NCBI GenBank assembly: GCA_002269645.1
Contig: NIVC01003513.1
Span: forward strand, 30,174-94,173
Reading direction: 5' to 3'
From: Macrostomum lignano
Taxonomy: Eukaryota
Length of the DNA stretch: 64,000 nt
Shown here: positions 38,162 to 49,419 of the stretch, in pieces
Position numbering within the stretch: position 1 is the stretch's first letter
How the letters are laid out: each line of letters begins with the position of its first letter
Program-made: the position numbers and the translations under genes
The notes under the pieces: model-generated
Told to the model about the DNA's origin: nothing
The model's input: only the letters and a program-made list of their open reading frames with translations
The model's database searches: none

Positions 38162-40415
38162 ATGAAGCCATCATTTGCGATCCCTCTGGTATTGTGCGCC
38201 GCAATAAGCATCGGCACTGTGCTGGCCGGCAAGTCAAAATAAATTACTTTAATATAAATGTATGCTCATTACTCGTATATGACAATTTATCATTATCATT
38301 ATGACATCTGTATCACGTCGTTTTAACAGCCGAGTGCCCATCTGGTTACAAGAAGGTATGCGTAAAAAAATTCATATGCAGTTCTAAGTGCCACATCGTT
38401 CGCCGACGCGGGTCCCTGGCATTCACCATCGACGACACGGGCTCTATGTGGCGCGAGATCAGAGCTGTCAAGACCAACATCAAGCGCATTGTAAAAGCCA
38501 ACCGTCGATTCAAGGACTACGTCATCGGAACATTCAACGACCCATACAGGCGCAAAGTCATCAGGTCCCGGTCTGCCTACACCATACTCAGATTCCTTAA
38601 ACGCGTGAGGGCCAGACGGGGTGGCGACTGTCCGGAATTCGCTATGCGCGGCATCCTGGACGCTGCCAGACTCGCCAGACCCCGCTCGGTGCTCTTCGTG
38701 GTGACCGACGCCTCGGCAAAGGATGCACGACTCAAATACGCTGTGGCTCGCTACCTGCGCTCTAAGAAGATTCGTCTGTTTGCTGTAAAGGTTGGCAGAA
38801 TGTGCGGCAGGCGGTACCGACGCGAGTTCGAATTCTTGGCCAGACAGACTGGAGGCCGAGTGCTGCGGTTCAGACGCCGAGTGAACTTCCGTTATGTGAG
38901 TTTATCAATACCTCTCGAAACTATTGATTGGCTTTTATTAAGACAAAACAAACAGTAATTAATAAAACCATCGAAATTTCACAATATAATTGAATGTTAT
39001 ACTCTTCGTATTTTTAAAGATCTGGTCATATCTGTCTCTGATTGCAGCTTATGCGGTTCATTACAAAAGCCGTGTATGGTAAAGTGGCGTTCAACTCTAT
39101 GCCTAGCAGCGGTGCGCGGCTTCGTCGACTGAGACCACGTAAGAAAGTAAAGTGCTTGTTCAGTCACTAACAAGGACCATAATGCCAGAACCGCCTCCGC
39201 AAATATACAAAGGAAAAAGTGCCTTCCGAGTCTATCATACGCTCAATGGCGTGCGTGCAAGCCATAAAAAGCATACATTTAATACTTAAAAATTGAAAAC
39301 ATGTCCATTTCAGGCTGCTGCAAGTGGCGCACTATAACAAAGTGTGAAAAGGATAAAACGAAAGGTACGTGGGACAAATACGAGAAAAGAGTAAATTCAG
39401 GTGATAAGGAGAAAAACTATATACTACTTCATACAGGCTGTCCAGCCGACTACTACAAGTTGGAAGAGACAGTTCGCGTGTGCAAGTGCAGCAATGGAAC
39501 CGACCAGACCAAGCCACCGCCACGCGTCGTCGGGTCCCTAGCATTCACCATCGACAACACGGGCTCTATGTGGCGCGAGATCAGAGCTGTCAAGACCAAC
39601 ATCAAGCGCATTGTAAAAGCCAACCGTCGATTCAAGGACTACGTTATCGGGACATTCAACGACCCCTACAGGCGCAAAGTCATCAGGTCCCGGTCTGCCT
39701 ACACCATACTCAGATTCCTTAAACGCGTGAGGGCCAGACGGGGTGGCGACTGTCCGGAATTCGCTATGCGCGGCATCCTGGACGCTGCCAGACTCGCCAG
39801 ACCCCGCTCGGTGCTCTTCGTGGTGACCGACGCCTCGGCAAAGGATGCACGACTCAAATACGCTGTGGCTCGCTACCTGCGCTCTAAGAAGATTCGTCTG
39901 TTTGCTGTAAAGGTTGGCAGAATGTGCGGCAGGCGGTACCGACGCGAGTTCGAATTCTTAGCTAGACAGACCGGAGGCCGAGTGCTGCGATTGCGGAACA
40001 GGCGCCATTTCAAATACGTGAGTCATTACGTGTCCAAAATTCCTTAGACATAAACATAGAGCCACAGTCATAACCATAACCTTATCATAACCTTATTCCA
40101 TGCCAAACAAGGTACTGAACTACATCGGTCACGCGTCCAAAGGCGAAACTACCTTTACGTCGATGCCATCGAGCGAGAAACATTTAAGAAAAAAGTGGAA
40201 GCCAGGCAAGTATGAAAAGGACAAACATTTCCAATCAGTAATGTATGCACTTTGCATACTTTTTAAGAGCAAATTTGGAACGTACAAGTGTTTGAAACCG
40301 ACTACTTCTTGAACTTTCAGAGTGCATCTGCAAGATAAAGACTGTGGTCAAGTGTGTCACCCGTTGTCCTGACGGATATGAGCGTGTTAACGACACCTGT
40401 GTCAAGCCTAGGTAG
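38162..40415 (+). CDS. Secreted, highly cationic protein with two hemicentin/VWA7-type vWA domains and Cys-rich linkers (7 exons, about 514 aa)
   Basis: Exons 38162-38228, 38330-38895, 39048-39138, 39314-39364, 39437-40017, 40112-40205 and 40321-40415 join in frame. Signal peptide MKPSFAIPLVLCAAISIGTVLA. Motifs SLAFTID(D/N)TGSM, GGDCPEFAMRGI and VVTDASAKD match the hemicentin/VWA7 vWA pattern. Introns 1 and 6 have GCAAGT donors. The 72-bp intron 4 is also open in frame. Confidence 0.85.
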
Positions 40416-42206
40416 ATTGAGGAGAATGATCGCTATAACCTGAGCTGCTGAATAATTAACAGGCTTTTGACAGTTACGTGGCACAACCAAAAGTTATTGT
40501 TTTGTTGTTTCACTGAAAACAAAGAAACCCTATTATATTGCGACTTTTTTAAATTTGTAACCAAAAGACTTATCTAAGTACTTAAGCACTAGAATCCTAT
40601 TAAACTACATTTCAATCCTACTAAAAAGTACAAAAAGACAGCCAATCTAACAAGATTTTTTATTATTTTAGCAAAAACAATGTCTAAAGCGAAAAAGACG
40701 CTTGGATGTCTTTTATTTTCAACAGGCAAAGTAACTCAAAGCAAAATGAGTATCTGGGTTCCGCCGAATACCGAACCATACGATACTGGATTCGCATTGC
40801 TTGGGACTTATTATTAATACTTACTGCATTGTTTAATCTCTTAATCAGTTAAGGCTTGTAATTTGAAAGTTAATTCATAGCTGGAGAAAATAAAACACTG
40901 GACACGAATATCCGATTATGTAAGGAAACAGTTTGCAAGTACATTTCTTTGTGGAACGGAAGTTTCTACATACTATATTATAGAATGATAGCAACCAGGA
41001 TACAAAACTTAGGACAGGCTTAATAAAACAGTACGTGTATAAACTTATAGGTTGTACTTTTTATTGAAATTTCGACATCAGATGAACCATAAGACCCAGA
41101 TTCTTTTCACACTACCGCCATTGCACTTAGAAAACTGACTAGTCTGACAATTAATTTTTTTTCAAACCGCTGACAAACTATAATTAATGCAGATTAACAG
41201 TGAGCACCATTAGTTGTACCTTACCTTAATAATGGCAATTGTGTGCATATTTATGACTGAAAGCTATTTAATTAAGACGAGTACGAATTGATTTTTGGAT
41301 AAAAATGAAAACGCAATATAGCGAAGTTACTGAATTAATGCTGTTGGCATTTTTTTGCTTTAGTGTTGACGAAAATCTGTTGATAGACAGGCAAAAAAGT
41401 TTTTCTATTAACAACGCGATTTAGTCAACCGATTTCGATACATAGAGAGCAGGGGGTGATAGATATACTCGTACGAGGCGATAAAACAGAGGTTTATCAG
41501 ACAAAAATGCAAACGCGACTTGCCTCTCGGATATACGTAAAGGAAAGCGAATCTATCATTACGCTAGCAGTTAAAACACTAGTATAGTGTGTTGATCTCA
41601 ATAGACAGGCTTTTTTACTTTTATCAAGCTGTGCCTTTAATTAGGCCTACTGAGGGGGGCATCAGAAACCCGAAATATGACAAACCGGAAATAGGCCGTT
41701 ATAATTTTTCGAGTTTTTGATGGCGACCTCCTATTGAACACCAATTTAATACCAACTGTAAGTAACTAAGACCAAAGCTTAAAAAAACTGGTAACTGAAA
41801 TAAAAAATAAAGCTTTTTTATGAATAGTTCTACAAATTTATTGAGTTTGTCTGGAAAGGGTAGGTGGGGGATCGAGAACAAACGAGAGCAGCTATAAGGT
41901 GTGAAAATGCAACAAAATATTTTCAATTCTAATTCGTATTGGGCACAGCAGGAACAAAGCATAGACAGATACAAACAAACGCAGGAGAGACTGCTCTTTG
42001 TTATTGCTTCTGACTTTTGTCAGACGTTTCTTTAAAAAAAACAGATCTTCGACTTTAAAGGTAAACAACGGAGACTGTTAAGAACGAACCAAAATGAACG
42101 GACTAATGTATTCTATGTGTATCTATCGCTTAGTTCTTTCATCTAACTGACTGAAGACTTGTCAATCAATGGTACACCCCATCCAAAGCCAAGCCCCTGT
42201 CAAGTG

Positions 42207-43379
42207 TCACAAATCGTCCGAACTGCTGCTGTCAGACATTGACCCGAAGTCGTCGTTGTCCTCGAGGTCGGACAGCAGCGAGGAGCCGCCGCCGGCTGAA
42301 GCAGCTCGACCAGCAGCGGCAGTTCGGCCGCGCTTCTTAGCCGGCTTACCGTCGGCCAGCAGCAGGCGAAGCACCTGCCGGTCCTCTTCGCCAAGATTCA
42401 AATCGGCGAAGACGTCATCGGACTGTTGCTGACGCCGGCGTCTCTTGGCGGCGGCGGAGGCCCGGCCGGCGACACTGCCGCCAGTTGACGCCGATGCCGA
42501 CGATGACGAAGCTGCGCCGACGCCGGCATTAGCAGCAACCAGCCGACGACGCTTAGCAGCCGACGGTCGACCGATTGTCGCTCCGCCGCTGCCGCCGACG
42601 CTGACGCCGACTCCGCTAGCAGGCGGACGTGCTGGAGGCGCCGCCCGGCCGCGAACCGAAGCAACGCAGTCGCGACGCTCAATGTCGCTCTTATTAGTGC
42701 TTTTGTGCCGCCAGCAGATTGGATAGAGTCGCACAACAGCCTCATCAATGCTGCGCGTACAAGGCCCAGTGAACACAACGCTGCCAGTGGCGAATACCTT
42801 AGCTAATACGCGAATATCTTTAAAGCGCAAGTTCAGCGCCGGGTGTAGCTCGGGCTCGTAGTCGGCCATCTGCGGCAGCTCGTCAGCGATGCCAGGCAGC
42901 CTGACTAGAAACGGCAGCTCGCAGGTGGCGTGCACGTTAGTAATGCGGAAATTCGAGAACCGACAGGGGAAACCAATCTTTTGGATTCGCCGGGCTATTC
43001 GGCGAGCTCCGCGACGCGAGTCCAGCTCGCTGGCGCTGCCGGCTACAAATATTTTGCCGCTAGAACGAATGCTAGCTACGCAGTAGGGCTTGCGCAGTCG
43101 CATAGTTACCATGTAGGTCTCCGGCTTGTACTCAACGTCCAGGCCGTCTAGGGCAATCTTTTTCAGGTTCAGATGGCACTGGGTGGAGAAACAACTAACA
43201 ACATTGTGCAGGGTGACGGTGATATCGCGATAGCCGGTGCTACTTTCTCCGCTACCGCTGCCACTGGGTCCTGCGCCAGACGAAGCAGCTTCTTGTTGCT
43301 GCTCCTGATCCTGCTGCTGTCGGTAAGGACGCGGTCCTGCACTCCTGTCGCACAGGGCAGACGACATGCGGAGAAGCAT
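42207..43379 (-). CDS. TBPL1: TBP-related factor 2 (TRF2/TLF/TBPL1)-like protein, single ORF of 390 aa
   Basis: The uninterrupted core ITVTLHNVVSCFSTQCHLNLKKIAL...VEY...MVTMRLRKPYCVASIRSSGKI...ARRIARRIQKIGFPCRFSNFRITNV.ATC...YEPELHPA...KVFATGSVVFTG has TRF2-type (CHL, VTMRLR.P, YEPELHP) rather than TBP-type signatures. The exact start is uncertain. Confidence 0.9.
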   Translation of the reverse strand: MLLRMSSALCDRSAGPRPYRQQQDQEQQQEAASSGAGPSGSGSGESSTGYRDITVTLHNVVSCFSTQCHLNLKKIALDGLDVEYKPETYMVTMRLRKPYCVASIRSSGKIFVAGSASELDSRRGARRIARRIQKIGFPCRFSNFRITNVHATCELPFLVRLPGIADELPQMADYEPELHPALNLRFKDIRVLAKVFATGSVVFTGPCTRSIDEAVVRLYPICWRHKSTNKSDIERRDCVASVRGRAAPPARPPASGVGVSVGGSGGATIGRPSAAKRRRLVAANAGVGAASSSSASASTGGSVAGRASAAAKRRRRQQQSDDVFADLNLGEEDRQVLRLLLADGKPAKKRGRTAAAGRAASAGGGSSLLSDLEDNDDFGSMSDSSSSDDL

Positions 43380-46300
43380 GCAATTGATCGGCAGATATAA
43401 TTAGATAAATAATCCCAGTCCATTGATTTATATTTAGAGCAATTTTTATAACCATTTGACCAAGGACTACTCAAGTAGAAGGACGGGAAACTAGAGTTTC
43501 TTGGAAAATTTTAGGAGTGTTTTTTTCGAAAAAAATACACTACAGAGATAGGAATAACATTGTCATTGTCTTCGATAGCAGGCAGACTCGATGTTCATCT
43601 TTTGAAATTGTGTGCCTTTCTTATTGCTCTATTGATATGCATAGTTTTTTATCAGAAAATTAGGATTCTGTTAATTTTTTTATGCTATTCCTTATACCTA
43701 AACATCATAAAATGCTTGATGGCACAGCTCGACTCATTGGTTTTATGAATTTATTTTATCATCTCTGTTACACATATTGTTACACAGTTAGCTAAGAATG
43801 ATAAAGTAGATTCATGAAACCAATAAGGTATATCATTTTAATGGTTTTTAGGCACCAGTTGTATGACAGGTACAGTCAAATAAAAAACTAGATTCTGTAG
43901 CCACTAACTGATGCAATGAGTCAAATTTAATGCAAACAAAAGTTATAAGATAAACAATACAATTTTCTGATAAGGTCACTGAAAAAGTCAATATTAATCA
44001 TGATTTTAATCTTGGGATTATATACTTTGGCGATTTAGGATATCAAATGATTATGGCTCTCAATTTTAGAGATTGTTTTCTATTGCTTGCTAGAAATATA
44101 GAATTGTAAATAAAAATGTTGGGAGTATTATAATGATCCAGCTATATAAGAACCTTTATTTATACCATTTTTATTAATATTGCATATCAGGATGCATTAA
44201 GTTTGCAATTTCCTGGTTTAAGACCCTATTGAAATAAGTTTCACAACCCATGGTTGAAGTGGGTGCTATGTCTTTGTTATAAAGTTGAAACAAAAAAATA
44301 ACCTACTTTTTGCTACTATTTATATACAATTTTTTAAGGTCTCTATTATTCTAGTTGTAAATTTTGACAATAAACCCTGATCCTTGTGCCATCTCTCCAC
44401 TGTAGTTTTGCTAATAAACTCATATGGTACAATACTAGACTGTGACGAAAGAATATTAATTATTGACTAGCAATTCATTTTGTGCATTAGCCATTTGTCA
44501 TTTTTAATGCTTTAACTTCCATCCTTGCTTGATGCTACATGTAAAATTGTTGCTAAGTGCACTTGTCTTGCACTGCATGTAGATGCTTCTCACTAGAAGC
44601 CAATCAATGCAATATCTCAGTATGGTATTTGCACAATTTTAGACACATTGATTTGATAGCCAATACAGCAACCAAATTCAATTAGCATACCAACTCTATC
44701 TTTTAAATTTACCATGGGACTCAATAGAAGTCCCTGGAAAGCCATGATTTTTTATAACTTTCAGTGGTCTATATGATGTAGGCCCAATTTAAATTTTTGC
44801 ATCACTATGGAAACATAACTCGGAAAAGAATTTTTGTTTAAATGAATCTGGTCCCCCACCCCAATCTTATTATAAATATACGGGAGTTTTGCGCCCAAAG
44901 AGGCAACCGAGCTTTTTACTCAATCCTGAATACAGAGGCAATTTGCCTAAGAAAATTAGAGGTGTTTGAGCCTTCCTTATTTGTCAAAAGCTGAAGAGCG
45001 ACTGCTCATTGGGCAAAGGTGGAATCCACCAAGAGTATCAGACTAACAGTCTACGAGCCAATAAGCGGACCCACAAAGAACAGAGGCGTGATCAGCCAAT
45101 AGACAAGGGAGAATTATCCCAGTGGCTATTTCAAATCGAACAGCCAATGACAGGTTGTGAATGACACAAGCAAATCTGTAGATAGGAACCAGAATTCACT
45201 GGGCACCCTCGGTCCATTGGAGACGCTGCTTTTTAGGACTTAGTCACCCCCTTAGCTAAACAGTGTCTTGCCGCTCGGGCACTGCGTGCTACCAGGGCAA
45301 CCGTACTTACGTGAAAGCACATAGTTCTAACCTCGTAACTTAGTAATTCTAGTAATTCTAACTGGTTCAAATGGCCAGCTTATACATGAACCTTTAAAAT
45401 TATAAAACTCATTCTAGGATACTCAAGAGCTTTGTAGCATCAGCAGGATAAGTTAAAATTAAAAATAAAATCTTCTAACAATTTGCTGATAGCCGTAAGA
45501 TTGTGAATAGGCAAAAAGAACCCCCTGGAACAACTTGGTGGCCATTGTAGGATTCCCATCTTAGCTTAATTACCCCTTCAACATATAACAATAGGAAGGT
45601 TTAAAGGGACTCCAAGGAACTTTCAGAGATGAAGCAATGTCTAGACCCACTGTGTTTGACATGGCAGGCAGAGCCTAGATAATAATGAATACAACTATTG
45701 GCCTATCTCTGAAACAACCAAGAACATTGCTGTTGTTCAAGCTGTGGTTAAGAATGGTATCCTATGTCATTAGATAGTGACATCAGATAGGGCATCTTAT
45801 TAGAATCTATCAGGATGATCCTACACTCTAAGGTCAACTTGAGCAAGATTTTTTGCATGCTGAGTACCTTATCAGCTAACTCCATAGCAAGAGGCTTGGG
45901 TGACCAAGTGCCACAACATACTTAAGAAATTTGTAAGTAGCAACTTCAACTCAGTCAATGTCAAATTTTCTAGTGTCAGTGTTGTCAATGTTGATGCAGA
46001 TAGTCAGTATTGATTAGTATTGGGTCTACAGTTTTAAACCAGAGACTAAGCAAGAGTTAGCCTAATGATCTTGAGCTTGTGACAGGGGCCTATTGGCTGG
46101 CTGCTAAATTAGTTTCCAACAATATGATAATATGATTTTTGAGCTTATAATAGTTGGTTACTAAACTTTTCTTCAATGATGATTTTTCAAGCTTTTTGTG
46201 CCTTTTTGAGCTTGTGATAATGGTTTCTAAATAAGTTTTCAACAATTTTACTTTTTGAACTTATGACTTTTCAAGCTTGTCATGATGGTTATTAAACTTT

Positions 46301-47049
46301 TTACATGATTTTTTTAGCTTGTACCCTTTTTGAGCTTATATTAGAGCCTTATTTCAAATTATGATTTTTTTATGCTTATGATGAAAGCCTATTTTTAATT
46401 GTCTATAAGTGATTTTATGCATCTATAGATGATATTGCAAACTATCAATGTTTGACTATAAACTTTCTAATAGATATAGCTATAAATTTGCTAATGGATA
46501 TGACTGCATATTATCAACTAATGGGTATAAGTAAAATGGTTGAAGTGGTATAGCTATAAATTGTCAACTAATAAATATGGCTATAAATTGCCTAATAGGT
46601 TTTGTAAATTATAAATTGTTTTGTTCTACAAAGTAGGTCTACTTGCTAGTCTATATTTTTTATCTATATGTATATATATATATATATATATTAAATCTCT
46701 AATATATCTTTTATTTATCTATGTAAAATGCTTCATTAAATTTATCAAAAATTCAAACATATCAAATCTCTAAAATCTGTCATTTTAGTATTGTAGTCTA
46801 TAGCCTAAATGCTATAGTCTATAGCTAAGCTAGCTATTGTTGATAACAAAAAGATGCAAATTAAGTTTAATTGCAATGACATTAAAACCATTTCCATTTT
46901 ATTGCACCTTTAGTCAAAGAATAGGATAAAAAAGTCATACTAACTTTTAGTTTTTTTTCATTGCACAAGGTCAAGATTTTATACAATTACAAAAATTTGT
47001 CAATAATATGCAAGTTTTTGGGGCATATACATAGAATATATTTAGGGGC

Positions 47050-49419
47050 AATAGCTAGAGTTCCGGCACTAGAACCCATTTTTTAATAGCTATAGATCTA
47101 GCAGTAATATTTGGGTGATGATCATTTTGTCAACTGGCATTTCATCAAATTGGTTGACAAAGTGACCAAAGTGTTGGGGTGACTTTATTGGTGGCTGACA
47201 AAGTGACCAATGCCTAAGTCCTTCCTATTTGCTTGTTGATGAAGTGACTAAAATTTTCATTATATGAATGATATATGTATGTAGCTGATATAGCTGCATA
47301 TCTTGTATAGTTTACAATTATTGTTATATTGATGACTTGTTTTATTAATTGCCTTATTTTTAAAAAAAACGAACAAATTTTGCAATTTTGCAATACTAGA
47401 TTGCATGTCCATTAGGTTAAATGTTTCGATGCAAATATTCTATGCAAATGTGTCACTTCATGCGCACTCATACCTATATGCATCTGGGCATTATTGAATC
47501 TTGAGTATTTGTGTATTATGCGACCATACATGCAACTACATAACATGGGCATTTCTCATAATAAAATGCGTCGAGGACTACAATAAAGTCCCCTATATAT
47601 GGAGTCATGAAAATTGATGGACTGTGTGCACCTTCCCACCCTTCCACCCCATTGTGCACAGTCAACTGAAGCCCCCGCAGTGAATCTTGATATCCAGTAA
47701 TGCTCTTGATTGGAGTGTATAATTATGTACAATTCACGCATGCTCATTAATTGATCATGCTGTATATGTATAAGGTATTTCATTCCTGTCATGCTTAACA
47801 CTAAAATGTACAATGCACTGTAAGAAGGCAGAAGCAGACAGACACAAAGGCACAGGCAGACATGCAAACTGATCAGCAATATTAGGTGCAGTATCACAAT
47901 GGTATGCTCTTGATTTGTGCATTCCTGCCCATGTAGCTGCACAAGACTTGGCCATGTTTTGCGAGCCCTGCATGTGAGTGAGAAATCTTTCAAGCTGCCA
48001 AAGGTGCTGTTGACCCCGACAAAGTGGCCATCCTAGCTGTGGAGCAAGATACAGATCAACATCTTTGGCGAACTCACAGCACCAGCGCCCCAGTCAAGGA
48101 CCACTGAAGTCACTTAAGCGCAGTCCTTGAAATGAGTGTAGTACAGTTGCGCAATGGTTGAATTAGTTGAAAATTTAAGCATTTTCAGACTTTTGGCTAC
48201 TCCAACACAGAATTAAATATTGGCCCTGGTTATGTCATAATGCCACAAACTGATATAATAGCAGGAGTTTGGGTACCCTTAGATTAGAAGAAATTATGTG
48301 CAATGTGCCCTCCCATCAATAGCCCTCCCCACTCTGAAATATGTTTCAACACTACTGGCTTGAGCTACAGTACATATATTTACATGTAGTCTGGGGAGTC
48401 CTGCAGTCCACAAAGCCAGCTTAATGTACAGCTGACTGTTTGAGAGCAGCATTGTTCCAGGTAGGGCGGTGATCGAGACTGTCCTGCTGTACACTGTTAA
48501 GACCTGGATGCTGATGAAGTCGCTTGAGCAACAAGTTGACGTGGTGCACGCTGGCCTGCTGCGTGCCGCTATCAAGATTGTGTACACGAGTGACCAACGC
48601 GGCTTTTGTATCACTGCGCCGACCTGTTCTATCCAATTGCAACCTGCTGCACAGTCATACATGACCACATTCATGTATGTAATGGCTTGACTTGGAATGC
48701 TTTCTATATGTATGTTTTGCAAATAGAGGACCTGGCCACTTTAAGCATTATCTTTGGTCCGGGTACTACTACTTAATTAACTTCTGCATTCAAAATTTAA
48801 CATATACAAATGTGTAACATGGGATGTCAACCCCATCGTGCTGTACAAGTTTCAAACACATGAGCACATTATATTTTGTTAGTACATGTACAAGCATATT
48901 ACAGAGACGCATTGATTGAAAGCTGGCAGATGTTGCAGAAGGGTATGAATATTAATTAGCTTGTCGACTTAGTCATTTCAGGATTCAGTTTTACTTTTTA
49001 CAGCTGTGGGGTATAGTTTATTGGCAGTTGACAAAGTAACCAATGTTGGAACACTTCCTGTTGGCCAGTTGACGAAGTGACCAAGGTTTGAGATTGCTTC
49101 ATTGGCTAGTTGACAAAACAACTAGTGATAAATCTGAGTTGATGAAATGGCCAGTTGATGAAATGCCAGTTGACAAAATGACTAAGATCCTAATATTCCA
49201 ATAGTGCAATTTATAGATATAGTATAGCAAAAACATTTTACTTTTTAATGGGCAGTTGATATGGAGATTTTGTTCAAGATATGATCAAAATTAAATGATT
49301 AGATTCAAAATAAAATACTTCTAATGTTCAAAGATTTCATTAGTAGATAATTGCCTATAGAAGACTGCTAGATCCATAGCCACTAGAAAATGGATTCTGT
49401 TGCCAGAACTCTAGCTATT
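47050..49419. mobile_element. Non-autonomous DNA transposon-like unit with nested inverted repeats
   Basis: Perfect 27-bp inverted repeat at 47122-47148 / 49155-49181 with subterminal GTTGACAAAGTGAC-like repeats, inside a 56-bp imperfect inverted repeat at 47050-47105 / 49364-49419. No transposase seen. Confidence 0.75.
48465..48600 (+). mobile_element. Non-LTR retrotransposon (RTE-like) ORF fragment
   Basis: VIETVLLYTVKTWMLMKSLEQQVDVVHAGLLRAAIKI resembles the post-RT 'LLYG.ETW.LTK..E..LD....R.LR..L.I' segment of RTE-type LINEs. Confidence 0.6.

Noticed and set aside
38356-38388. A 33-bp intron in vWA exon 2 (GTATGC...CTAAG)
   Set aside because: The segment reads through in frame as Cys-containing sequence (VCVKKFICSSK) and would be unusually short for an intron.
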